64,000 bases of DNA from Octopus vulgaris (Eukaryota). Of the stretch, positions 48,201 to 60,587 are shown piece after piece. The notes under the pieces were generated by a model, which saw nothing but the letters and a program-made list of their open reading frames with translations, was not told where the DNA came from and ran no database searches. A program made the position numbers and the translations under genes. Within the stretch, counting starts at the first letter, position 1. Each line of letters opens with the position of its first letter. Where the stretch lies: positions 176,204,001 to 176,268,000 of the forward strand of contig OX597816.1 of NCBI GenBank assembly GCA_951406725.2, given 5' to 3'.

Positions 48201-51200
48201 CAACCAAGTTTCCCGAGTTCTGGTCATAGACCATAGAACACTCAACCAAGTTTCCCAAGCTCTGGTCATAGACCATAGAACACTCAACCAAGTTTCCTGA
48301 GTTCTGGTCATAGACCATAGAACACTCAACCAAGTTTCCTGAGTTCTGGTCATAGACCATAGAACACTCAACCAAGTTTCCCGAGTTCTGGTCATAGACC
48401 ATAGAACACTCAACCAAGTTTCCCGAGTTCTGGTCATAGACCATAGAACACTCAACCAAGTTTCCCGAGTTCTGGTCATAGACCATAGAACACTCAACCA
48501 AGTTTCCTGAGTTCTGGTCATAGACCATAGAACACTCAACCAAGTTTCCCGAGTTCTGGTCATAGACCATAGAACACTCAACCAAGTTTCCCGAGTTCTG
48601 GTCATAGACCATAGAACACTCAACCAAGTTTCCCGAGTTCTGGTCATAGACCATAGAACACTCAACCAAGTTTCCCGAGTTCTGGTCATAGACCATAGAA
48701 CACTCAACCAAGTTTCCCGAGTTCTGGTCATAGACCATAGAACACTCAACCAAGTTTCCCGAGTTCTGGTTATAGACCATAGAACACTCAACCAAGTTTC
48801 CTGAGTTCTGGTCATAGACCATAGAACACTCAACCAAGTTTCCCGAGTTCTGGTCATAGACCATAGAACACTCAACCAAGTTTCCTGAGTTCTGGTTATA
48901 GACCATAGAACACTCAACCAAGTTTCCCGAGTTCTGGTCATAGACCATAGAACACTTAGCTAAAATCTAGTTTCTACCTAGTCTGAACAAATCAATCCGC
49001 CGCAGTCTTCATCCACACAGAGCTTACTCAACCATGTTCCAGTTCCAGCGACAGACGACCAGACCAGCCAGTCATGTTCCTGCTCCAGCCAATGACGACG
49101 CTAACATACTCCAGCAACGCCACTGACGCCTTCATCTCAACGTTGCCATCACCATCGTCGTCCTTCACCTTCACGTCGTCTCCATCTCCGTCGCCTTCAT
49201 CTCCAGCAACACTAATATGTACATAGCACTCATTCAGGTTTAGCTTTCACGCTGTTATGATTTTCACCGAGGTTAACAGCACAGCACTACCTGCGAGATC
49301 TTCTGTACCAATGTAACCTGGCACAGCATTGAAGCCACAACCACTACACAACATGTGTTCAACCGGCATCTGCACTTGTGATCCGAACATCCTGTTACAG
49401 AACGAACTGCTATTATGTACTTTACTACGAACTGGGAAATTAACTCCATCTTGTCTGAAATACCCTGAGAGACTTTTCCTATGCACTGTATTTTGTTTTG
49501 CCCACATACACCTTGTTTGTACTTCTGTCGCACACACGAACACACATAGTTAATACACACACAAATGCTATCTCTGTCACATTCATACACCACACATGCC
49601 TTTCTTGATTGTTTTTCATGCTCAATGTGCCCTTGTAAACACAACTCATCTCTGTAAGACCCTAGGTCGGTCACGTATACATAGAGAAAGTTGTTTGTCC
49701 CTTACAACGCGCCAGCATGCCATACTTTTGTTCCTGCACGACCAAGGCATATAATAGCTCAAGCACTGGCTGGCAGCCTCAGCCTTACTGCATTAATCAC
49801 TGGGATATTCAATACTGTACACTGTATTTCAGCCTAGCAAGCCCTATTGCACTCATGCACCTCTGTTCTGCACATGTACTCCCTTGTTTTGCAACACGTC
49901 TGCGTCAGCTCAATTCTTCTCCCGACTCAAAGCACGTCGGATGTTCACATGCGCTGCGCTCATGTTTAGGCATAATTTCCCCTGTTAGACCCCTGTTGGT
50001 CACGTAATTAACAGAGAAAATTATCTGTCTCGCACCCAAGTTGCACCCAAAAAGTGTAGAAAAGCAACCAGTTCCCTTTACGTAACTATCAAAAAGTATT
50101 AAAAAGTTTAATATACATAAATACAGACATATACACTTTGTATATATACATATTTATATATAGAACACACACACATATATATAAACGCTCGTTGGTGTTT
50201 TCTGTTTGTATTTGGTCGATGGGCACGGTGACAAGTAGACAATAGAATGCGGTGGCGATGGCGATGGAATATTTGTTTCTCTGTATGAATGCAGACAGAT
50301 ACATGAGTAAAAGTTATGGGAAGCTAAGAGATAGAGTGAGTGAAAATGTTCTTACATTAAATAATGGGAGTGGAATTGTCAAAGTTATAAATGAAGGAGA
50401 GTTAGGCGGGAATGTAGGAAATAGCGTGAGTGAGGAAGATGGCCCCTAGCAACCACACCTTTTAAGATAGGGATTTCTAAGGTAGCCCACGGGCATCGTC
50501 ACCTCATTCTACATGTCCCTGTAAATTTTGGAGCGTATCGGACAGGACGTAGTGGCATTGAAAGCGATCCAAGCGGTAAAAACGCATTTCAGTTTTATAT
50601 ATAGAGATAGATTTGCTACACACTACTTTCCATCCTTAATAATGAAACTTGGTAAATCCAAAAGTTAAACACAAAGACACACAAGTTGAGTTTTATATAT
50701 ATAGATTTCTCAACGGGGATTTCAGGGGAGAGTTTCAGGGAGTCGCTGGCGATGTATCGTGATGAACAAAAATTTGGCCTGCTAAAATTTGGTTAAAGTG
50801 ATTCAAACTGCAAACTCAACACAAAATGGTCACATTTAATTCAAAGTGTTAAAAATGTTATGAAAACAATTGGTATGTGTTCACAAAGTCCAAACGATTA
50901 ATACGAAAAAACCCTCCAGGCTACATCCCGAAAATTCATTTCTTGGCCGAATTTCTACAATGTTTACGGCGATTCGTTTTTATATCTTGATTTTTTTATT
51001 TTTCATGCAATTTACTCATGCTTGCATGCGTGGTGAACACAGTTCACGTCAAACAGCTGACTGAGTAAAGTTCACAATTCAATGCATGGGATAAGGCCTA
51101 AACAAACACATTATCGTTTTTTGCACTTGCGAGATGAATTTCGGAACAGAAATAGCGCAGTTCAATTTTCATTCGCCTAAACTTTAAGTGACCCATTGTT

Positions 51201-51290
51201 GGTGGTTCTATGATTTGTTGGCTAGGAGGAGATGTGCCGGGAAGTTAAACACACAGACACACAAGTTGAGTTTTATATATATAAATATAT
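45205..51290 (-). mobile_element. Helitron-like composite region hosting the 42-bp minisatellite
   Basis: A hairpin-like end GACCAGCTCTACGCGCGGGT lies near 45214. Recurrent ...AGTTTTATATATA(GA) ends occur near 50600, 50700 and 51280. Boundaries are uncertain. Confidence 0.4.
46267..48956. repeat. 42-bp minisatellite, about 64 copies
   Basis: Unit ACTCAACCAAGTTTCC(C/T)GAGTTCTGGT(C/T)ATAGACCATAGAAC, with a variant CCCAAGCTCT and one 1-bp deletion near 48044. There are no spacers. Confidence 0.97.
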
Positions 51291-51379
51291 ATATATAACA
51301 AAGTGGAGTTGTAAGGTACTGCACAAGTGGAATTATATATGAAAGAAGGTTTGAAAATGCAATTTTAAAAGATGTTTAT

Positions 51380-51425
51380 TTACTTTACCGGTTTCACTTT
51401 TTTAAAAAAAGATTGTCAAAAGTAA
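51380..51425 (-). ncRNA. minimal hammerhead-like motif, U3-A8 variant
   Basis: Minus strand reads UUACUU-UUGACAA-UC(U)7(A)6GU-GAAA-CCGG-UA-AAGUAA. Stem I is perfect, stem III is the palindrome ACCGGU, and the triplet is GUA. The first stem II pair is a U.U mismatch. Confidence 0.6.
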
Positions 51426-51890
51426 CATGTAAAAGCTTGGTTGTGTTAGGTGCTGGTTGTCACAAAATATTACAATATACATATACATTCTTTGATAATA
51501 AGAACATGTTTACAAGGGAAAATCTTCGGAAAATATAAAAAAGTCGAACAAGTTCATTAAAATATTGGGCACAAAAGATTACAATATATATATACATTCT
51601 TAAGAAAATGTTAAAGACAGTTTCCAGAAGGAATTATTAAAAAGTTCAGTGGAATATTGGTATTGTATCTGTATATACATACAAAAAACAGAATATTATA
51701 AGTTCAAAAAAGTTTACATTTTAGTAGTAGGGAAGCTCAAACTGACCTAGTCCACCATGTTATCGTAAAAGACTATTTTTTATTTCAAGGGACAATGTAG
51801 GTGTGTTTTTTTTGTGGGGGAGTAATGTGGAATTGAAAAGAAGTTTTTTGTTTCCCTTTCAAGTAGCAACGATTTGGGGGATTGGCTTTA

Positions 51891-52353
51891 GAGGTCAGGA
51901 TGGTGTGAGTGTGTTTATATATATATATATATATACATGTGTTTGTGTGTGTGGGCCATTTTTGATTGGTCCCAGGGTTTATTGTGGTGTAAATAGATGT
52001 GTCTGCGTGTGTTTTTAAAATTTGGTAGGATGGTGTGTGTATATGTGTGCCCGTTTGTGTGTGTGTGTGTGTGGTTAATGTTTGTTAGTGTTGTGTGTGC
52101 GCTAGTGTATGTGTTTGTATGTGTGATCTGTGGGTGCGTGTGTATTCTTGTGTTGGTGGGGATGTTATGTGTGTGTAGGTGAGTGTGTGTGTGATTGGTA
52201 TTTGTTATAGTGTTGTGTGTGTGCACGTATGTGTGTGTATGTGTGCGTCTGTATGTGTGTGTGTGTGTATGTATGTGATTGGTATTTGTCATGGTGCTGT
52301 GTGTGCGCATGTGGGTGTATATGTGCGTCTGTATGGAGGTCAGAATGGTGTGA

Positions 52354-52407
<54 letters not shown>

Positions 52408-52650
52408 GTGTTTGTGTTTGTGGGCCGTTTTTGAGTGGTCCCAGGGTTTATTGTGGTGTAAGTAAATGCGTCTCTGTGTGTTTTATATTTGGTAGGATGG
52501 TGTGTGTGTATATATGTGTGCACGTTTGTGTATGGTTAATGTTTGTTAGTGTGTGTATGTGTTTGCTCGCATGTATTTGTCATGGTGTGTGATTTGGTAT
52601 TTGTCATGGTGCCGTGTGTGTGTATATGTGCGTTTGTATATGTGCATCTA
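51891..52650. repeat. imperfect ~445-bp tandem duplication of a TG-rich unit
   Basis: GAGGTCAG.ATGGTGTGAGTGTG...GGTCCCAGGGTTTATTGTGGTGTAA...TTTGGTAGGATGGTGTGTG occurs near 51891 and near 52336. Confidence 0.75.
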
Positions 52651-54041
52651 TATATATATATATATACATTACTCTTTTACTTGTATATAGTCATTTAACT
52701 GTGGCCATGCTGGAGCACCACCTTTAGTCAAGCAACTCGATCTTATTCTTTGTAAGCCTAGTACTTATTCTATCAGTCTCTTTTGCTGAACTGCTAAGTT
52801 ACGGGGACGTAAACACGCCAGCATTGGTTGTCAAACGATGTTGGTGGGGCAAACACAGACACACAAACATACACACACACACATACATATATATACATAT
52901 ATACGATGGGCTTCTTTCAGTTTCCATCTACCAAATCCACTCACAAGGCTTCAGTTGGCCCAAGGCTATACTAGAAGACACTTGCCCAAGGTGCCATGCA
53001 GTGGGACTGAACCCAGAACCATGTGGTTGGTAAGCAAGCTACTTACCACACAGCCACTCCTATGCCTGTATATCATCATCATCATCATTTAGCATCCGCT
53101 TTCCATGCTAGCATGGGTTGGACGGTTCAACTGGGGTCTGGGAAGCCAGAAGGCTGCACCAGGCCCAGTCTGATCTGGCAGTGCTTCTACGGCTGGATGC
53201 CCTTCCTAACGCCAACCACAGTGGGTGCTTTTTACGTGCCACCAGCACAGGTGCCAGCCGGGGCATATATATATATGTATGTATATATATTATTTAGTAG
53301 AAGCAACAGAGTGACTCAAAGGCTGAGAGTTTCATATGTTAGACTTATCAAGCCAGTTACAAATCAAGGGGTTCTATATACCAGTGATAATGCTATTTCC
53401 CTGTATAGTTCTTGAACAAATTATAAAAACAATTACAATATCATATGACTATACTCTTTACTCTTACTCTTTTACTTGTGATCAGTCATTTGACTGCGGC
53501 CATGCTGGAGCACCGCCTTTAGTCGAGCAAATCGACCCCGAGACTTATTCTTTGTAAGCCCAGTACTTATTCTATCGGTCTCATTTTGCCGAACCGCTAA
53601 GTGACGGGGACGTAAACACACCAGCATCGGTTGTCAAGCAATGCTAGGGGGACAAACACAGACACACAAACACACACACACACATACACATATATACGAC
53701 AGGTTTCTTTCAGTTTCCGTCTACCAAATACACTTACAAAGCATTGGTCGGCCCGGGGCTATAGCAGAAGACACTTGCCCAAGATGCCACGCTGTGGGAC
53801 TGAACCCAGAACCATGTGGTTGGTTAGCAAGCTACTTACCACACAGCCACTCCTGCGCCTATATGAACTATAGTTTATATTTTTCAAACAGTTTACGCAC
53901 ATGCACGTCATTGTCAGCTTAACAGCCATCTTTCATGTTGGCATGAGTTGGATGATTCAGTAGGATTTGACAAACCTCTTTGGCATGGTTTCTCTGGTTG
54001 GATGCCCTTCCTAATGCTAATCACTTTACAGGGAGTACTGA

Positions 54042-54110
<69 letters not shown>

Positions 54111-54583
54111 CCGTCTGGCACCTGTGCCGGTGGCATGGAACTGGTGCTACTGAGGTCACTATGTAACTCACAAGACAAAAAAATTCCTCTATTGAATGAC
54201 GGTGCAGTAGACATTGTGGCTTTATGCCAGGTATTGGTAGGTTAACGTATGATCATTATTCTCAACTCACCCTTATATAACACAAAGCAACAAAGATTTT
54301 GTTACAGAAGACCAAATGGGTGTTCCTAGCTAATTTCAAATCTATAATTAGATTTTTTTCTAGCATGTCTAGATTTTGTGTAAAATGCAAATCATTAACT
54401 AAAATTTCTACCACATCCAGACTTTGGTTTTAATAGGGTTAGTGCCTGTAATATGAAACTTGCTTTTCAAGGTTAGAGCAATTTTTGTTTGCCAACTATA
54501 TACAGGTTCTAATGATTTTAATCAATAAAATTTATCTTGAGTTGGCAACACTGAGTAACAGATCAACAGTCAGTCATTACGTG

Positions 54584-57500
54584 TTTAGCGAGCTTTTAGC
54601 CCACTAATTTAACATAAATTTCTTTATTGCCCACAAGGGGCTAAACAAGGACAGACAAAGGTATTAAGTCGATTACATCGACCCCAGTGCGAAACTGGTA
54701 CTTTATTTATCGACCACGAAAGGATGAAAGGCAAAGTCGACCTCGGCGGAATTTGAACTCACAACGTAACGCAGACGAAATACCGCTAATCATTTCGCCC
54801 GGCGCGCTAACGAGTCTGCCAACGCCGCCTTATTAATATAATAATAATTTAATATAATGTCCGGTCATCCTTCGATAGCTGTAGGAATTGATCCAGTGAG
54901 AAACAACAACAATTCCTATGAGTTTTCGAAGCCTTCATGTACCTGGTGTATTTATTCCAATCCAGGATGAGAGCATTTATACACAGCTTGTAGATTAACA
55001 TTTAACAGAACAGAATGGAAGTTGAATAAGAAAAGGTTTTTGTCTTGCCGCCTTCCATGACTGCTATAGTGGATTCAGCTAAATTCAAATCAACGCGGCG
55101 GGCTCGTCCAGTAGCAGGAACAGAGAGGAAGACGATGCAGTTAGCATCAGGCTGTGTAGGAGGTGCTAAAGAGGCCGTTCTTGGTTGTCCCTATCTCATG
55201 GGTGCCACCTCGTTGTTAAGGATGGGACCAGGGGAGGAAACTCTAGATGACCCATATTAAAACATTGATTCAACTAAGGTGGCCTACATAACCCTCTCCG
55301 AGAGCGAAAGAAGAGAAAAGGTCAAAAAGACAAGGAGTAAAACTGTAGGCACCGAAGGAGATAATTGTCTTGCGTTTCACAAGGCTGAGCGGAGATACTG
55401 AGGGCATGTGAATGACTATCATGGAACACGGCAAAACGCGAACAATGCATGCAAACACAAGAATAGGTAAATGAAAAGTTGCAGAATCTGTATGAATGTA
55501 TGTTATGCAATGTTAAGGTCGTGTGCAGGATGTGCCAGCCAGTGCAAGACTGAGGTACAAGACGCCTGACATGCAAACACGATAACAACTGTCCAGGAAA
55601 CTGGAAATCATAGGATGCAAGAGTCAAAGTATTTTAAGTTAGCAAGAGCGGGAGGTCACTTACAAGAGGCTAGTGTCGTAAGCGTGCAAGAGTGGTGGGT
55701 CGCTTGCAGAGGCTGGAAGTACTAGCATGTAGGAGCAAGGAGAAAACAACTAAAATCCTAGAGTGTGGTGTATGTGTGCACGAACATTGAAACAACATAT
55801 AATATACACAGAAAGAAAAAGCCTTTGAAATGTACAAGGCTGCAAATGCCATGCCAAAATTAGTGGATGCAAAGGCAAGGTAAACAAGTATATACATGAA
55901 AAGGAAAAACAGAATAAATGCATTAAACAGGAAAGAAAAAAAACAAACAGAATCTGAGTTTCATATAAAAATAGTTTTACAAAGTTTTTGAGACCAATTA
56001 ACATGACACACACTGCGGGTATGACGTATGTTGGTGGGTGTGGGGAAGATGCGTGTAACTGAACTGGTGGTGGATGCAGTGGGGCAGCATTTCCCTGTTG
56101 TATAGTGAAGGATGGGGGAGTATGAGGCTCTGGTGTGAGCGCGTCTGTTTAGGCCTGTTTAAGTCTATCAACCGAGACTATTTCTCAGGAACCATTCAAG
56201 TTTATGGGGAAATGTTTATCATTGCGTGCCAACACGCGATAGGGTCCTGAGTAAGGAGGAGTGAGGGGACCTCTCACTGCATCCTTACGTACAAAAACGT
56301 GAGTCCACGAGGCAATATCCTTGGGGACCAAAGATTTTATTGTCTGCTGCTGAGTGTTTATTGGTGGAAGCTCCTGAAAGTATGCACGCAGGTGGTTAAC
56401 ATAAAGGGCCGGATCTTGAGTAGTAAGATCAACTGGTGCGAGCATCTGCCCCGGCAAGGACAATGGGGTACCATAAAGCAGCTCAGCTGGAGAGAAACCA
56501 AGGTCCTCCTTAACTGATGTTCGGATACCAAGGAAAACAATAGGAAGATACTCAGTCCAATGCTGGGTGTCAAGAGAGGCTCGTAAAGCAGCTTTCAGCT
56601 TTCCACCATACCGTTCGAAGCTGGATGGTAACTGGTAGTCCTAATCCGTTGAGCCCTGATGATTTTTGCCAACTTGGAAAAGAGGTGTGACTCGAACTGC
56701 CTGCCACGGTATGTAGTGATGGTGGTGGGAACACTATAGCGCAATATCCATCCTGATACTAGAGCTCGCGCTACCGATTCAGCAGTAACATCTGTTAACG
56801 GAATCACTTTAGGCAATCGGCTGAAGTGATCAATACAAGTCAAGATATATGTGAATCCCTGACTGATATTCCACGGTCCCACAATATCAATATGCACATG
56901 AGAGAAATGGGTGTCCTGAGAGTTAAAAGTGCCGAAAGGTGCCCATATATACTTGTGCACTTTAGACTTTTGGCATTGAAGACAGGCGTGAGACCATTTG
57001 GTCTCATGTTTGGCCAGAGAAATCTAGCTGTAATGAGTTTTACCGAGGCCGCGATGCCAGGATGAGCCAGCCTATGCAAAGCATAGAAGACAACCTTGTG
57101 GTGCTTCTCCGGAATGAAGGGGAGAGGTGACTCCGTCGATATGTCGCACAAGATGCTCCTGTCGGCAGTTGGTATAGGCAGGTACTTGAATTTACATGTT
57201 GCAAATTCAGCAGATGTGGTATCAAATGAGTCCAAAAAGGCTGGTCTGAGGCTAAAACCGTTAAGTCAATTGCAGAAGTGGGTGCGAATTAGTTGATTGG
57301 CAAATGGGACAAGGCCCCAGCAGGAGTGTTCTGGGTTCCCGAGATATGCTGAATGTCGCTGGTAAACTGGGCAACAAAATCGAGATGTCTTGTTTCCCTC
57401 AGCGAATATTTTTCAGGCTTAGACCGTAAGGCAAATGCAAGGGGTTTATGGTCCGTGTAGAAGGTAAACTGTCCCCCTGACGGAAGTGTTTTACTGCCAG

Positions 57501-60500
57501 GTAAATTGCCAATAATTCACGTCCAAAAGTACTATAATGGGTCTCGGTGGGTTGCAGCTGCCGAGAGGAAAATGCCAAAGGTTGCATATGCTCTTGATGG
57601 AACTGTTGCAACACAGCGCCGACAGCTGTATTTGATGCGTCTCCCACAAGCGAAAGCTTTGCACCATAAACAGGGTGCGCTAACAGTGAGGCTTGTGCAA
57701 GTTCACGCTTTACCGTTTGAAAAGCATCCATTTGGGAAGGTGAGAATGAAATAGCTTCATTTTTGTTCTTGCGATCCTTTAAAAGCTCAGTAAGAGGAGC
57801 AAGGTGCTCCGCACAGTGAGGGATAAATCATCTGTAAAAGTTCAATAATCCCAGGCAATGACTGAGCTGCCGGAGTGAGGTAGGAGGAGGAAGTTCTTAG
57901 ATGACCCGGACTTTTTCAAGAAGAGGCCTAATACCCACTTCATCGATGAGGTGGCCAAGGAAAACAAGGGAAGAGGATCCAAAAACACATTTAGCTGGAT
58001 TTATTCTAACTCTGAATTGTGTCAGGCGCTGGAAAAGCAGCTTTAAATGTTGTACATGCTCATCAGTACTAGAACTGGCAATCAACAGATCATCGATATA
58101 AGCATAGATGAAGTCCAGCCCATGAATGACCTCATCTATAAAGCGCTGGAATGTACTAGCAGCATTCCGCAGCCCGAACGGCATTGACAAAAATTCAGAA
58201 GTGCCAAACGGTGTTGTCACAGCAGTTTTCGGTATGTCTTCCGGGTACACAGGTATCTGATGATAGGCCTGAACCAGATCGAGCTTAGAGACACACTGTA
58301 GACCCCTGTAAAGATGAAGCAAAGTCCTGGAGAGGAGGGATTGCATAATGATCCGGGACAGTCATAGCATTAAGGTGTCGGAAATCTCCAGTAGGGCACC
58401 AGTTGCCTGATCCTTTGGGGACCATGTGCAATGGTGAGGCCCATTGGCAGGTGGAGGGGCGGATAATCCCTAGCTGGAGCATGTGTTCAAACTCCGTCTT
58501 GACTGCCTTAAGCGTCTCTGGAGATAGGCGACAAGGTCGAGAAAAAACAGGAGGCCCAGCTGTAGCAATAAAATGCCTTGTCGAGTGAGCAGGGTTATCC
58601 ACCTGGAAGTTTAGTTTGGTCATTTCTGGGAAAGAGGCCAAAATAGCCTGATACTGATCACCAGCTGCGGCTTTGAAGAAAACTGGGCTGGCTGCAGGAG
58701 TATTCGCCATTCGTCCAGGAATATGGAGATCAGTGGTGCTGTCTACCAGTCTCTGCTTACGTATATCAACCACGAGGGGGAAAAATGATGGAGAAAATCT
58801 GCACCTAGGATTGGATAGGGCAGATCAGCGATGATAAAAATCCACTTGAAGTCTCATTGAAGGGCCAAATCCAGAGAAAGAGAAACCTAACCGTATGTTG
58901 AAATGGGTGAGCGGTTGACAGCTTGCAGGGTAACATCTGATAGAGGAGGCTTGTCCTTGAATTTCAGTGGCCAAATACAACAAGCTGCACTGGAATCTAC
59001 CAGGAAATATTTGCTTGATGAATGATCTTTAACGAAAAATGCACGGCTCTGGGGATGTGTACTAGGAGCAGCCGCCGTGCTTAGTATCCAGTAGTGGAGT
59101 TTCCCTGGCTCAAATAAGAGCACGGTTGAATTCACTTCCTAGCATTCCGTCCAAAACGACGATGATACTAGTATAAGTCTGACGAGAGGGCAGGAGGTAA
59201 AGCACGTCGCCTGGAGGAAGGTGACCAGCTGAACATTCGCCGTCGTGGCGAATTCTGAGTGGCACATAGGCTCTTCACCTGCTTGGTAAGTTCCCTAATA
59301 GCCTGTAGAGTGTCCGCCTGAGTAGAATCAGGCTGCTGAAATGAAGCTGCGACTGTTGAGGGAGAAGGAGACACAGCAGCCAATTTGTTGTCTGCAGTTC
59401 CATTTCCAGTGTACTCCAAAATTCTATCAGCAGATAAGGCCAACTGGTCAATAGGAGTGGCGTCCATGCTAGGGGCGAGAATCCCCTGCACATGCGAAGG
59501 CAAACGGGAGAAAAGCTGTTTTAGCAAGGAGCTGTTGAGTCGGCATCCTGCCATCCAAATGCTGGTCACAAATTAACGTGCGGAAACGCTTACTCTCGGG
59601 TACAGCCATCCTGTAAATGATCTCACTCTTGACGGAAGCATATGTGGCATCTTTAGGGGTGTCAATGATGATATCCTTGAGACTATTTGCCAGTGATGGA
59701 GGGGTGGAACTCAGTAGGATATGCAGTTGCTGCCGCTCAGACGAAATGTCGCTTGCCATGAAGTAGGAGTCCGACTGGGAAAACCAGAGCCACACATCAC
59801 CACTAAAGGCTGGTAACGGTGACGAAATCGAAGAATGTTGAGTGATGGCAGCGAGCAGGTAAAATCCAGGTGAAAACGAAGCAAAGCATTAGGATGCATG
59901 CATGAGGCACATGGTCAAGGAATGCGGACGAAAACCACTCACCATGTTGTCAACAACAGAATCTTCACACACGTGGATGTCAAAAAGGAGAACAAGGTAT
60001 TTAAAATACTTTTCTTTTTTTTGCTTGTTTCAACACGTATCTCCTGCCTTTTTGTTTTCTTTTTTGGTTGTTTTTTTTTTTAAAAGAAACTATCCGGGGG
60101 ATAGTTTCTTTAGCGAGCTTTTAGCCCCCTAATTTAATATAATGTCCGGTCATCCTTCGATAGCTGTAGGAATTGATCCAGTGAGAAACAACAACAATTC
60201 CTATGAGTTTTCGAAGCCTTCATGTACCTGGTGTATTTATTCCAACCCAGGATGAGAGCATTTATACACAGCTTGTAGATTAACATTTAACAGAACAGAA
60301 TGGAAGTTGAATAAGAAAAGGTTTTTGTCTTGCCGCCTTCCATGACTGCTATAGTGGATTCAGCTAAATTCAAATCAACGCGGCGGGCTCGTCCAGTAGC
60401 AGGAACAGAGAGGAAGACGATGCAGTTAGCATCAGGCTGTGTAGGAGGTGCTAAAGAGGCCGTTCTTGGTTGTGCGCGTCTTGGTTGTCCCTATCTCATG

Positions 60501-60587
60501 GGTGCCACCTCGTTGTTAAGGATGGGACCAGGGGAGGAAACTCTAGATGACCCATATTAAAACATTGACTCAACTAAGGTTGCCTAC
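54584..60587 (-). mobile_element. Ty3/Gypsy LTR retrotransposon with both LTRs and decayed gag-pol
   Basis: LTRs at 60109-60587 and 54584-55288 (the latter SINE-interrupted). Domain order is gag (WLWFSQSDSYF...), PR (FLVDSSA), RT ([14 protein letters not shown]), RH (DASNTAVGAVLQQ), IN (HVHIDIVGP, YHPASNGMVE, GPY). A PPT GGAGAGGG precedes the 3' LTR start TGTAGG. Confidence 0.93.

Noticed and set aside
46228-48948. 906-aa, 527-aa and 302-aa ORFs
   Set aside because: These are translations of a 42-bp tandem unit that lacks stops in two frames. The longest ORF switches peptide at a 1-bp deletion, and there is no domain or splice evidence.
46267-48956. CRISPR array
   Set aside because: Units are contiguous with no unique spacers, there are no cas genes, and the context is eukaryotic.
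55045-55260. duplicated short ORF (also 60330-60560)
   Set aside because: It lies inside the two LTRs, so the duplication is explained by LTR identity.
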